64,000 nucleotides of DNA from a virus: IMG/VR virus record IMGVR_UViG_3300024239_000016, positions 1-64,000 of that record. The stretch is one strand, 5' to 3'. Positions 1-9,607 of the stretch are shown here, in pieces (the stretch's first letter is position 1; the number at the start of each line of letters is the position of its first letter). The position numbers and the translations under genes were made by a program. The notes under the pieces were generated by a model. That model was not told the origin of the DNA and did no database searches. It was given only the letters and a program-made list of their open reading frames with translations.

Positions 1-159
1 ACATCAATTTGCTTTTTTATCCACAACCAACATATGCAACTGGGCTAAGGTGCTCATACCTGGGAGATCTAGATTGACATCGCTTCGATGAATGCGCTCT
101 ATTACAGAAACAAATGTCTCTTGTACTCTTTCGGAATGGAAAAGCAAATTGATGTGCAT

Positions 160-1257
160 TTAGGATTTACCTTTATTCAGTTTGTCACTATATGCATTTG
201 CGATAAACTTACGATGTTCGGCGATATATTCGGGACTATGAGACATGTCATCTGTAGTAAACTGATTACAGAATTCGAAGATCCCCCACTTACCATCTTC
301 GGTGAAGAAAAGATCAACTGAGTTCATCGGTGGTAATTTGGACAAGAATGTCTCAATTTCGTAACGCATCTGGAGGGTATGGTCCGCAGGGAATGTGCGG
401 CCCGATGCTCTGAACTCTAATGAATTTGGTATGTAAAACTCACTACCGAAAATAGTCTCAATTGGCTGGTCGCCGTTATCGTAGAACTGAGGAATATCAA
501 ATTTGGCAGCAGTGGCGGCATCTGTACCAATGCTCATCTTTGGTACATTTTTTCTTACTCTACGGATTTCCGTAAAATAAACTTTTGATCTGTAATCAAG
601 ACAAACGCGCGATTCGCAGATGATGTTATCAATTACCTCAGTGACAACCAGGTCTTGAGTCTTTCTATTCTCTAGCTCTGAAACAATAGTTTCATTATGC
701 GCTACCATTCCAATATTGAAAGAGGCCGCATGAGCAAACTTTTGCAAATCGTCTTGACTACCCTTGGATAGCACTAATAAGAATGCGTGGAGATTTGCTC
801 TGCTGGTATCAAAAATACAATTACCTACTCCTCTTGCGCCATGTGAAAAGCGAATGTACAATTTCTTATCTTTCCATCCAGGCAAGATAGCTCTTCCACG
901 AAGAGGCGACGCTGACGATTTGTTATAACACTTAACTGGACGATAGTATCTCAGCGCTATTGAGCTATCGTTTGTTAGTGATTCAGCAATGTCGCTGAGC
1001 ATCATACTCTGCTCAAACTTGCCGTACCTCGGCAATGCAATATCGATAGGCAACATATTGCCATCGATACACGCGTCACGCCAAGTACCAATGAGAAGAT
1101 CATAATTAGAAATCATCTTTCCTGCCTCATCCTGTTGACAAACAGGTGATGCGTCAGTGATAACAAATCGAGTATCGCCATCAATAAAAGATGGACCAAC
1201 GCATTCAAAGTTGTTCAATAAGTATAGATTATTAATAATGACCACACACGTTTCCAT
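160..1257 (-). CDS. Hypothetical protein, possible ATP-grasp fold
   Basis: 365-aa ORF with SD GGAGGT; E-x-R (ESRV) and C-terminal VDLFFTEDGKWGIFEFCNQ resemble ATP-grasp motifs. Confidence 0.45.
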   Translation of the reverse strand: METCVVIINNLYLLNNFECVGPSFIDGDTRFVITDASPVCQQDEAGKMISNYDLLIGTWRDACIDGNMLPIDIALPRYGKFEQSMMLSDIAESLTNDSSIALRYYRPVKCYNKSSASPLRGRAILPGWKDKKLYIRFSHGARGVGNCIFDTSRANLHAFLLVLSKGSQDDLQKFAHAASFNIGMVAHNETIVSELENRKTQDLVVTEVIDNIICESRVCLDYRSKVYFTEIRRVRKNVPKMSIGTDAATAAKFDIPQFYDNGDQPIETIFGSEFYIPNSLEFRASGRTFPADHTLQMRYEIETFLSKLPPMNSVDLFFTEDGKWGIFEFCNQFTTDDMSHSPEYIAEHRKFIANAYSDKLNKGKS

Positions 1258-1281
1258 GTAACCTCCCTCTAATTAAATTTA

Positions 1282-1305
1282 ACCACAGGGGACATCCCCT
1301 GTGGT
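1282..1305. terminator. Intergenic hairpin
   Basis: ACCACAGGGG-ACAT-CCCCTGTGGT perfect stem just after the sbcC stop. Confidence 0.6.
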
Positions 1306-1307
1306 CT

Positions 1308-3833
1308 TTAGTCTATTTCGACGTGATGATTTACTTTATCGGAGACTGGCACAACTACATTTGTGTCGGATAGAACACAAATATCGGCATCTACTAACGG
1401 AGCATAACCGTCCTCGTAATGCGATACCATAAACAGCTGGCTGAATGTATTGTGATTTAGAAGCGAGTTTACTACGTGCGTCGCTGTCTCTCGGTGGGCT
1501 TTATCAAAGGACGCACCAAACTCGTCCAGGAATAGCGGACAACAACCAAGACCCAAGTGCTGGCTGGCTATCATTCTGAAACTTAGATTAAAGATCTCTT
1601 CCATCCCGCGCGACCCTTCGGCCACATCGCTTCGATAACTGGTGTGGTTAACGTAAAAAGGGAACTTGTAATTCAGCTCTACGCTCTCTTCACCAAGAAA
1701 ATCGTTGAACTTAATTTCTAGTGGATAGCTCCATACATTGCTGATGAATTGGTTCATCTGCCGTACGTAAACGGTCATAAATGAATGCAACGATTCAGCT
1801 ATGATTCCATCAGTTGGTGATAGAGATTCGATAAGAACCGCATAAGCTTTTTCCTGCCGTATGTATTTGGCTATATCTTTTTCCAACTCAAGAATATAGC
1901 CTTCGCGAATATCAATTGCTCGCAGGGTGGTTTCTTGCGACGCTAGAGCTGATTCAAGTTCTACAATCAACCTGGAATAACAATCGTCAATACCAGCAAC
2001 AATCATTTTCTCAAACGCCACATCGGTAGCTTTTTCCAAATCAATAGTAGCTTTACGCAGTGCGTTCATTTCCGCAATGCAATCTAACATGGATGTGTAT
2101 GTCTGAATCTTCCCGTTCAGGCCGGCTGCCTTCAGGCTTAAATCTTTAGTCTGATGATCCAGCTCAGACATCCGATCAATCAGTTGCGTAGCTGACCTAG
2201 ATTCAAATTCATTTTCTGTTCTCGCAAATGCCTGTAAAGCTTCTCGTTGTTTGAGTAAGCTTTGGATTTCATCGAAATGTGTGCAATCTGCTTGTAACTG
2301 ATCGAGAAAGCCGGAGATGCCTGCTGGATTGTTGAACAGAAAGTCACTAGCAATGCGATCTCGAATAGGACGAATATAATCGTAAGCCATGTAGCGAGAA
2401 AAGGCAGCCACTTGTCGACCATATTCTCCGATTTCGGAAATGAGTTTATCGAGTTGTTCGATAGACTTAGTGAGATTATCAATGACATCATTTAGCCTCG
2501 CAGCTTCTAACTCCGCATCAGCTAGAGTCTTCTGACAATAACCTTTGCTAAAGATATGTTTACACTTCGGACACTCTGTTTGAGCATGATCCCTCAAATG
2601 AATGTGCTCTCTGATAACAGCATCGATCTTTTTTAGCTTACTGGAAGCTTCTTCTTTCTGAAGAATTAATGAGCGTCGCTCATTTACAGCGCCTTCTTCA
2701 TTTTTACGTGAAAGATGCCTGTCCGGATTTGGAGGGAGCGTTGCAGCCAGCTCTCTCAAGAATGGACTCACAGATTCGATCGCCGCATCTATATTGCCAG
2801 ATCCATTCAGAGAGGCCATCTCTTCGAAAATGTCCAGATGCTTTAATCTTGATTTAATTAACTCAATATTCGAGTCGACTTTCAGAATCGCTGAAATTAA
2901 ATCGGATTGGTTATCGATACCGATGGATCGCATCGTCGTTAAGTTGTTCTCTACCTTAACGTACTCTTCAGAGAGATGGTGTATCGCATCGTTGGTCGAT
3001 CTCAACTGTGCGTTTAAATCGATGAGTATGGCTTCTGCAGATTCTTGATTCTGACCAAAAACCCAAGTAGCTGCGCGACCAGCATATGCCGTTAGCTTTT
3101 TAGCAGATGAGATAAAAAGGTTTCTTGAGGCTTCGTATTCTGATTTCGAACGACTGTGGTCTAGTCGCTCACTGGACATGTTGCGAATTGCGACCGATAG
3201 CTGTTTGCGGCCATCCGCAATACTTCTTCTTAGCTCCTCGACTTCTTCTGGTCGTAAACGCTTTGCGGTCTCTTCAACAAGCGTAAATTTTGCCATGTTC
3301 AAAGCACCGACTACGTCTCTGTGTTTTTCTTTTAATTTTTTAAACACCGAGAGAGCATAGCTGTAGTCATTGCTGCCCATCTTCGTAAACCACTCACGGC
3401 GCCGAATTGGGCTCATTGACGTAAACCGCTCAGAGCCAATCAACAAGTTGTGTGTTTCCTGATCATAGCCAAAGTGCTCGAGCACTAGCTGCTTTTGAAC
3501 AGATAGCGTTCCACCAGGATTTAGATTGGTAGTCATGTCGTCTTTGAAAAACGAATGCTTTTGACTACCATTTGAGAATTTGGTAATAAGCTTGTAATGG
3601 CTGCCGTTCTTCAACCATTCCGTTGTTTTTGATCCATCTTTGCTGAACTGATTCGACAATGCCGGTAACGGTGACATCTCGTACATGAGACTGCTCTTAC
3701 CAGAGCCATTAGTACCGAGGATTAATTGCAGAGTAGATTTGGGTGTTATCTTAATTCGTCGAATGCCGGTAGGTGCCAATCGGTTATTACCGATCAATTC
3801 CAACGACAGCATTGTCATTGATGCGATTGACAT
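1308..3833 (-). CDS. sbcC: SbcC/Rad50-like SMC ATPase (phiKZ gp165-like)
   Basis: Walker A GTNGSGKS, long coiled coil with central CPKC zinc hook, signature GSRG, Walker B LFLDEFGASFD, MVSH. Confidence 0.92.
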   Translation of the reverse strand: MSIASMTMLSLELIGNNRLAPTGIRRIKITPKSTLQLILGTNGSGKSSLMYEMSPLPALSNQFSKDGSKTTEWLKNGSHYKLITKFSNGSQKHSFFKDDMTTNLNPGGTLSVQKQLVLEHFGYDQETHNLLIGSERFTSMSPIRRREWFTKMGSNDYSYALSVFKKLKEKHRDVVGALNMAKFTLVEETAKRLRPEEVEELRRSIADGRKQLSVAIRNMSSERLDHSRSKSEYEASRNLFISSAKKLTAYAGRAATWVFGQNQESAEAILIDLNAQLRSTNDAIHHLSEEYVKVENNLTTMRSIGIDNQSDLISAILKVDSNIELIKSRLKHLDIFEEMASLNGSGNIDAAIESVSPFLRELAATLPPNPDRHLSRKNEEGAVNERRSLILQKEEASSKLKKIDAVIREHIHLRDHAQTECPKCKHIFSKGYCQKTLADAELEAARLNDVIDNLTKSIEQLDKLISEIGEYGRQVAAFSRYMAYDYIRPIRDRIASDFLFNNPAGISGFLDQLQADCTHFDEIQSLLKQREALQAFARTENEFESRSATQLIDRMSELDHQTKDLSLKAAGLNGKIQTYTSMLDCIAEMNALRKATIDLEKATDVAFEKMIVAGIDDCYSRLIVELESALASQETTLRAIDIREGYILELEKDIAKYIRQEKAYAVLIESLSPTDGIIAESLHSFMTVYVRQMNQFISNVWSYPLEIKFNDFLGEESVELNYKFPFYVNHTSYRSDVAEGSRGMEEIFNLSFRMIASQHLGLGCCPLFLDEFGASFDKAHRETATHVVNSLLNHNTFSQLFMVSHYEDGYAPLVDADICVLSDTNVVVPVSDKVNHHVEID

Positions 3834-3900
3834 GTTTATCTCTCGTATTTGACTGTTTACATTCCATTCGTAGATTATGGAATAAACTACATTTCAAAGA

Positions 3901-3915
3901 TATATTACTAAAATG
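3901..3915 (+). promoter_or_regulatory. Putative early (virion RNAP) promoter
   Basis: TATATTAC-N5-TG; motif recurs 9 times upstream of + strand gene blocks and resembles the phiKZ early TATTAC motif. Confidence 0.7.
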
Positions 3916-3953
3916 TATCTGGCAGCTAATTAACTTTTTATATAGGTATCGAC

Positions 3954-4334
3954 ATGAATACTCATTGTGAATCATCTACCCTGGCTCGCGAAGTTTTTAA
4001 AAAAGAAGCGATTCTATTCATGATTGCAAAAATCGAGCTGTTGTTTAAAGATGAAAGCGGTAACGAGCCTGTACCTGGTCGTGATGTATTTGTAATTGGC
4101 GACGGTAAAAACGTAATCGATGATGTATGCGATAGCTGCAAAAGGCTCGATGTCATGATCAGCAAAAGAGTGGCTGATTGTCTGTTCAAATCCGTAATTG
4201 TCGAAGACTTTAAAATATTCTCCATCGCCACGGTTATAACAACAATGACGGATTTATACGATCGCACTCTTAGAATTATTATCAAAGGCGATGATGCCGA
4301 TCTCTTATTGGCGGAAGAGGTAAAAGTACAGTAA
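3954..4334 (+). CDS. Hypothetical protein (start may be 4020)
   Basis: 126-aa ORF downstream of promoter motif. Confidence 0.65.
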   Translation: MNTHCESSTLAREVFKKEAILFMIAKIELLFKDESGNEPVPGRDVFVIGDGKNVIDDVCDSCKRLDVMISKRVADCLFKSVIVEDFKIFSIATVITTMTDLYDRTLRIIIKGDDADLLLAEEVKVQ

Positions 4335-4421
4335 GCTATTTATCTCAGAGCAAATCTGAATATAAGAAAGGTAGCAAGTTATGATAGTCACATTTAACTT
4401 TCATAAATGAGGAATGGCTAA

Positions 4422-4808
4422 ATGATCAAGACTCTGAATCAATCCGAAATTCGTCAGCTGTATCTTTCGTTGATTGCTGGCTTAGGGACACTACGTGCCA
4501 ATGAAAATGTCGCTGTAATTGACGGGGATGCAGCTATGGTGTTAGCTGGTGAGCAGGAGACAGCACCAATGCTGACGATTTGTCTCAGTCCGCGTGCAAG
4601 CGCTATTTTGTTTCCGAATCAGTGGTTCGATCACATCTCAGGGACACCCATGAAGGCGATGCTCACTACCAAAGATGATGCACGAATTCTGCTGATCGAG
4701 TCTTGGTGTCCCTTGGCTAATCGAGAAGTATGTATCGATGGCGATGGTTGTGTTTTTTACAAGGAACCAAAAAATGTTGTCTGGGGCATTGACACAAATA
4801 ACGGCTGA
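4422..4808 (+). CDS. Hypothetical protein
   Basis: 128-aa ORF, SD GAGGA. Confidence 0.75.
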   Translation: MIKTLNQSEIRQLYLSLIAGLGTLRANENVAVIDGDAAMVLAGEQETAPMLTICLSPRASAILFPNQWFDHISGTPMKAMLTTKDDARILLIESWCPLANREVCIDGDGCVFYKEPKNVVWGIDTNNG

Positions 4809-4818
4809 TAAAGCCAAG

Positions 4819-5076
4819 ATGGTGGAAGTAACTAAAAACACTCTCCACTCTCTCATTGCGACGCTGAAAGAATTAGGCCTCTCTGCTCCGGCTATTGATG
4901 GGTCTTTGGACGATGTCACCAAAGTTGAATTAGTCTGGAGAGCTGATGGTCGCTGTTATATCAAAGTCTCCAGAGGACATATAGTCAGTGCCGTGTACTA
5001 CGAGTGCGTTAAAGCACCGGTGCGCAAATCGCGCGGTGGTTACAAACGCAAAGAAGAAGTATTTGAACAGGAGTGA
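4819..5076 (+). CDS. Hypothetical protein
   Basis: Tandem ORF; start chosen after the upstream stop. Confidence 0.65.
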   Translation: MVEVTKNTLHSLIATLKELGLSAPAIDGSLDDVTKVELVWRADGRCYIKVSRGHIVSAVYYECVKAPVRKSRGGYKRKEEVFEQE

Positions 5077-5079
5077 TTT

Positions 5080-5472
5080 ATGACTGATGATAACAAAATT
5101 TATTCTCTCGTATATACCTTTTGTACAGGAGACCAGCAAAAGCGTGGTTATATTGATTCCTTGATTTCCAGTATCGATACCATTATCCGGTCAGTTCTTC
5201 CTAGAGAACACGATACATGTTGGAAATTGAATCTCGGTCCTACTCATATCTGGTTCAAAGAATCGGATATGCTGTTTTGTACAATCGATACCAATATTGC
5301 CAATATTCGTTTGATTGAAAACATTCGCGGACTAGAGATCTCGATCAAGCATCCTGGATCTAGTGCGTGGAAGAGAATTGCTTTAGCGTCAGACGACGAC
5401 TATGTAGTAGTTCTAAACGAGCTTCAGAAACTGAATGCGACGTATCGTAATACGTATCTGGTGCTTTACTAA
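5080..5472 (+). CDS. Hypothetical protein
   Basis: 130-aa ORF, SD AGGAG, followed by terminator. Confidence 0.75.
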   Translation: MTDDNKIYSLVYTFCTGDQQKRGYIDSLISSIDTIIRSVLPREHDTCWKLNLGPTHIWFKESDMLFCTIDTNIANIRLIENIRGLEISIKHPGSSAWKRIALASDDDYVVVLNELQKLNATYRNTYLVLY

Positions 5473-5482
5473 ACGATCTAAC

Positions 5483-5524
5483 CACACAGCCCCAATTGGG
5501 GCTGTGTGCGTGTATTTTTTTTTT
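5483..5524 (+). terminator. Rho-independent terminator
   Basis: CACACAGCCCCA-AT-TGGGGCTGTGTG plus T tract. Confidence 0.75.
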
Positions 5525-5548
5525 ATGTGATATGGAGTATTTCAGTTA

Positions 5549-5563
5549 CATATAACCTTTGTG
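5549..5563 (+). promoter_or_regulatory. Putative early promoter
   Basis: CATATAAC-N5-TG, preceded by TTTTATGTGATATGGAGTATTTCA also found at about 9517. Confidence 0.65.
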
Positions 5564-5612
5564 ATCTGCTTTAATAATCCCATTAAAGCTAGCCATTTTT
5601 AGGAGAAGAATC

Positions 5613-5924
5613 ATGGCATATTACAAAATTTTTGGTGAGCAAGCCGATCAAGGTAAGATCGATGACATCATGATCGCTGGTGCTCTTGGTGACTTGTGGG
5701 CTCTTGGTCTTGGCATCAAAGAGATCGAAGTCTGCTATGGCGGTATTCGTCTCTTTACCAAGGATGGTAACATCATCAACTACACGGTCGATGGAGGGCT
5801 TGTGACCATTGCTCTGGCAGCCGACAACTTCGAATCTGTCCCGTTCGAAGTTACCCCGGAGCAAATCACAATCTTCAACAAGCTTACCATGTGGCCTCTC
5901 GGGGCTTTTGGTCATAGTCGTTAA
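5613..5924 (+). CDS. Hypothetical early protein
   Basis: 103-aa ORF, SD AGGAG. Confidence 0.8.
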   Translation: MAYYKIFGEQADQGKIDDIMIAGALGDLWALGLGIKEIEVCYGGIRLFTKDGNIINYTVDGGLVTIALAADNFESVPFEVTPEQITIFNKLTMWPLGAFGHSR

Positions 5925-5946
5925 CTCATTTAGCCAGGAGGCTATC

Positions 5947-6228
5947 ATGGAACAACTGAAACTGCAGTACCCCGGTCGTTACCATAATGGCCGGATGTTT
6001 CAATCTGACGTAGCTGAGCCCACTAATGCTCAGCGTGCTGAGAATAAGCGCACTCTCAGTCGCAACATGACCAAGTCTGGAAAGTACATCCTTCCGGCTT
6101 TGGTAGCGATGGGCATTCCTCTCGGGGCTGTGCTCTCTATCGTGGGCACTGAGGCTAAGCGCGATCGCGCTGTCGCTGCCTACAATCGCAACATCATAAC
6201 CGCCCACAACTACATGTCGTGGATGTAA
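5947..6228 (+). CDS. Hypothetical membrane protein
   Basis: SD GGAGG before ATG 5947; hydrophobic segment YILPALVAMGIPLGAVLSIVG. Confidence 0.7.
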   Translation: MEQLKLQYPGRYHNGRMFQSDVAEPTNAQRAENKRTLSRNMTKSGKYILPALVAMGIPLGAVLSIVGTEAKRDRAVAAYNRNIITAHNYMSWM

Positions 6229-6257
6229 TCTTTTACGATCATAGAACGGAGAAAATC

Positions 6258-6560
6258 ATGATCAAGACCAATGAGAAGAATCTCGCTGAAGTGCGAGTTG
6301 CTACCGCCTACATCGATGGCGGTAATGGTATCACGTTTGAGGATCACCTCTACTTGGTGGTTGATGAAAGTGGTGTTATCAAGTTTTGCAGTCGCTCTAT
6401 CATCGAAGCTGATGGTGAGCGTGCTGTAAGTGGTCGTGGCATCCGTGAGATGCTGAACAATAAGGCAGCTGTAGTTGGTGCTGCCTGTCTGAGCGTTGGC
6501 ATGACCTTCAAGGAGGTCATGCAACACTGTCTTATTAACAAGCCGTTCTATCCGGCTTAA
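6258..6560 (+). CDS. Hypothetical protein
   Basis: SD GGAG before ATG 6258. Confidence 0.75.
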   Translation: MIKTNEKNLAEVRVATAYIDGGNGITFEDHLYLVVDESGVIKFCSRSIIEADGERAVSGRGIREMLNNKAAVVGAACLSVGMTFKEVMQHCLINKPFYPA

Positions 6561-6575
6561 CTGGAGGAAGTACAA

Positions 6576-6851
6576 ATGAGTATCAATGTCGTACTGGCTG
6601 ATGTGAAGGACTATCCCGACCTTGACTTCCAGCGTCTTGGTCATTTGTTCGTTGCAGCAAGTGATGAGTTCAAGCTTCCGGTGCAACAGATCATCCGGGG
6701 TGAGGACGATGTCACGATCAGTGATGGTCGGACTATCATCAGTATGTCCGAGATGACCAAGCCCAATGGTAAGGGCATCAAGGCAAAGGCAGCTGTGCTC
6801 TTCCGCCATATTGAAGCAATGCTTCCGGCTGGCACCTACACTCTTCAGTGA
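6576..6851 (+). CDS. Hypothetical protein
   Basis: SD GGAGG, 91 aa, terminator after. Confidence 0.75.
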   Translation: MSINVVLADVKDYPDLDFQRLGHLFVAASDEFKLPVQQIIRGEDDVTISDGRTIISMSEMTKPNGKGIKAKAAVLFRHIEAMLPAGTYTLQ

Positions 6852-6865
6852 GTGTAGAAAAGATT

Positions 6866-6897
6866 GCTAGGGATTTCTCCTAGCTTTCTTTTTTTTT
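6866..6897 (+). terminator. Rho-independent terminator
   Basis: GCTAGG...CCTAGC plus long T tract. Confidence 0.7.
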
Positions 6898-7189
6898 GTT
6901 TTGTTATGTTACTATATTCTATGTACTGAAACTTGTTCCCATAATGTTCAGTGCCTGGGTCACCCCTAATACCTCCATTAGCTATAGTTAAAAATACTCC
7001 TTATATATCTTCTATCCTTACGGATAGGAATGGGTAGGGTTTATTCTCTTAAAATGATAATACCCTATAAATCATGAGGATTTAGTAATAGAGTAATAGA
7101 TTTAGCAGATAGCTAGCATTTAGAGTTATTTAAAGAATCTATTAAAGAGAGATTGAGATAGATTGTAATTGAAAATAGATAAGAATAAA

Positions 7190-7215
7190 TACATAGCCCT
7201 CTAAGGGGCTATGTA
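7190..7215. terminator. Intergenic hairpin
   Basis: TACATAGCCC...GGGCTATGTA. Confidence 0.55.
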
Positions 7216-7246
7216 GGATTTATGCTGTTAAAGTTTTTTGTAAATA

Positions 7247-7261
7247 TATATTACTAAACTG
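7247..7261 (+). promoter_or_regulatory. Putative early promoter
   Basis: TATATTAC-TAAAC-TG. Confidence 0.7.
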
Positions 7262-7297
7262 ACGTAGTTTAACCATTTCAGTTTTAAAGGTACGATC

Positions 7298-8029
7298 ATG
7301 ATTACTCAAGAACCTATTATTGAAGAGAACAAAGTAATCTATCTCAGTATTGGAGATCTTTGGAATCTAGCTGAGAGAAAAGAAAAAGACGGACATCAGT
7401 GTGACGATTCGTATTTTTTGTTTGATAGCTATTTATTTCTGGCTGACTTTCATAAGTTGGCTATTGCATGTAGTGGGATGATTCCAGTAGCTGCTTTTAA
7501 CGAAAATGTACGTCGTATCTTTTTCAGGAAAGATTGGATATTTGGACAGGTAGCAGCGGAGCTCATTGGCGGTCAATCTGTAAGTGGTATTGTTTTGAAG
7601 GATATCTTCGACGACGCTACAGCGGCTGATACAACTGCCGATCTCGGGAAGATTAAAGAGATCATTCGAATTATGCTGATGCAGTACAATGCAGATATTA
7701 CATCTGCCATTTCGGCATACGGTACTCTGGAAAAGAAAGATCTCTCATTTGTTTTTGAGACTGAATTCCAGCTAAAGGTGAATGCTAATTGTGATAAACG
7801 AGTCGATATTGATTTTGTCACAAATATGCTCTATCTTTACAAGAAAATGAATAATTCGATTATTCAGCACCTCGACCAAAAATTCGTAAGCCCCGATTCC
7901 AAATCTTATCGTTTGATGTTTGGACTTATCGCTATGTTAAGACGGCGAGCAGAACAAAAAACGAAAGAACAGATTCATCACTCTCTCAATTATTTAAAAG
8001 AAACCAAATCAGAACCCAAGGGGATTTAA
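7298..8029 (+). CDS. Hypothetical protein
   Basis: 243-aa ORF. Confidence 0.75.
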   Translation: MITQEPIIEENKVIYLSIGDLWNLAERKEKDGHQCDDSYFLFDSYLFLADFHKLAIACSGMIPVAAFNENVRRIFFRKDWIFGQVAAELIGGQSVSGIVLKDIFDDATAADTTADLGKIKEIIRIMLMQYNADITSAISAYGTLEKKDLSFVFETEFQLKVNANCDKRVDIDFVTNMLYLYKKMNNSIIQHLDQKFVSPDSKSYRLMFGLIAMLRRRAEQKTKEQIHHSLNYLKETKSEPKGI

Positions 8030-8031
8030 AA

Positions 8032-8721
8032 ATGTCAACAGACAATGAATATGCTCGTTTTATTTCGAACCTACGCGATATGGGTGTTGCGGTAGTAAGT
8101 TTCGAAGAACTCAATTTGAAAATTAAGGAGTACCTCAGTAACAATCCTAGCTGGCTTAGAAAGGCAGAAGAAGCCAGGATGCTATCGGTCGCTTATTTGT
8201 TGTTCATATTTACTGTTTTTGGTGGTTTGGTTCCGCGTAAAGTAATTGATCTCATGCCTAGCTATGAAGCATCTATGCTCTTGTTGAGTGAGCTGGTAGA
8301 AAAAACAGATAGGCCAGATTGCCGGCTGATTGGATTTGTCGCATCGGAGCTGCTTACAGAGCAGACCTATCTAGACATTGAGGCAGCGTGTCTCTCCGAT
8401 CCCATTGTTTCGATAGGCGACGCTTTAACTGCTTTTAATACACAATTAAACTCGTACGAAATATCACGTCCAAAGCGATATAGGTTGACTTTTGATCACC
8501 TGAATTTTTATTTACAGTTTGCCGATTCGGCCGAAGACATCGAACTCTTCAAGCACGATTCTGGTGTGATTTTTAAAGCTTTACTGAATAGCATCAGTAT
8601 GTTGGACATGGTCAGGCTACTGACTAACGGCAACGAGGAACAACATACTTTAGCTGTTCGGGCTTCAGCCAACATCGCTGCAGAATGCGAGTTGTTAAGA
8701 TTTCATTTTTTCGACAGTTAA
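8032..8721 (+). CDS. Hypothetical protein
   Basis: 229-aa ORF tightly coupled to the upstream gene. Confidence 0.75.
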   Translation: MSTDNEYARFISNLRDMGVAVVSFEELNLKIKEYLSNNPSWLRKAEEARMLSVAYLLFIFTVFGGLVPRKVIDLMPSYEASMLLLSELVEKTDRPDCRLIGFVASELLTEQTYLDIEAACLSDPIVSIGDALTAFNTQLNSYEISRPKRYRLTFDHLNFYLQFADSAEDIELFKHDSGVIFKALLNSISMLDMVRLLTNGNEEQHTLAVRASANIAAECELLRFHFFDS

Positions 8722-8735
8722 AGGGGGAGGTTTAA

Positions 8736-8939
8736 ATGCTAACATTTAGCAAGTCTGAAGTAGCGGCATTTCGGCATCTGAACAAAGGCAAGCGCTGGGG
8801 CCAGGCATTTTACGATCACTTCAAATTAGGGAAAGTAAGTAATCCCCAAGATAAGGAATTCTGCGATCGTCTGTTTAACGAACCCAATGATACCAAGGCA
8901 AAAGCAATGGTACAAGGCCGTACAGATCAGACTCAATAA
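8736..8939 (+). CDS. Small hypothetical phage protein
   Basis: SD GGAGG; 67 aa. Confidence 0.7.
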   Translation: MLTFSKSEVAAFRHLNKGKRWGQAFYDHFKLGKVSNPQDKEFCDRLFNEPNDTKAKAMVQGRTDQTQ

Positions 8940-9171
8940 TCTTTTAGTAGGAGATTCCCATGGTAAAATGTTTTGATTATGATGCGATTGTTGAGTTTTA
9001 TCAAAACCTTATAGCGACTTACAAAACGCTAAACTTACCGTAATCGGCACATGTGTTAAAAATACAATTATTCATTTTTCCAGTAAGCATGGAAAAGAAT
9101 TTTTTAATAAGCTCGCCAAGTGGCCGATTGGGGTGTATTCATCCTTGAAATAAAAACAGAGGACTGAGTCA

Positions 9172-9432
9172 ATGTCTGAATCTGCTCTTTTAGTAGAAAT
9201 GCTCAGGGAAGGATTGCTTAAAATCATAACTGAGCTACCTAAGTATAAAAACAATGTCGAGTTTTTAACCAAAGTTAGGGAAGCCACCAAGTTAGAAGTT
9301 ACTTGGCGTGACTCTCGGCGGTGCAGTGTCAAGCTGACGTATAGGGGCATGGTGCATACTTTATATATCGCCGATGTGGTTCCTAAGACAGGTCGGCGTA
9401 TTCGACATCCGGAAATTGTTCAAAAATATTAA
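9172..9432 (+). CDS. Hypothetical protein
   Basis: 86-aa ORF, SD GAGGA, hairpin after. Confidence 0.6.
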   Translation: MSESALLVEMLREGLLKIITELPKYKNNVEFLTKVREATKLEVTWRDSRRCSVKLTYRGMVHTLYIADVVPKTGRRIRHPEIVQKY

Positions 9433-9435
9433 CAT

Positions 9436-9465
9436 ACACACTAGCCCCACTTGGGGCTAGTGTGT
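9436..9465. terminator. Intergenic hairpin
   Basis: ACACACTAGCCCCA-CT-TGGGGCTAGTGTGT. Confidence 0.7.
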
Positions 9466-9544
9466 TTAACTCAGGAGAAAATATAGCCGATTAAAATAAC
9501 CTCAAGTAGGTTATTTTTTTATGTGATATGGAGTATTTCAAACA

Positions 9545-9559
9545 CATATTTCTTTAATG
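9545..9559 (+). promoter_or_regulatory. Putative early promoter
   Basis: CATATTTC-TTTAA-TG. Confidence 0.6.
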
Positions 9560-9607
9560 AATAGTTCTAACATCTCGTTAGACTTCATCCATGCCAAGGA
9601 GAAAATC

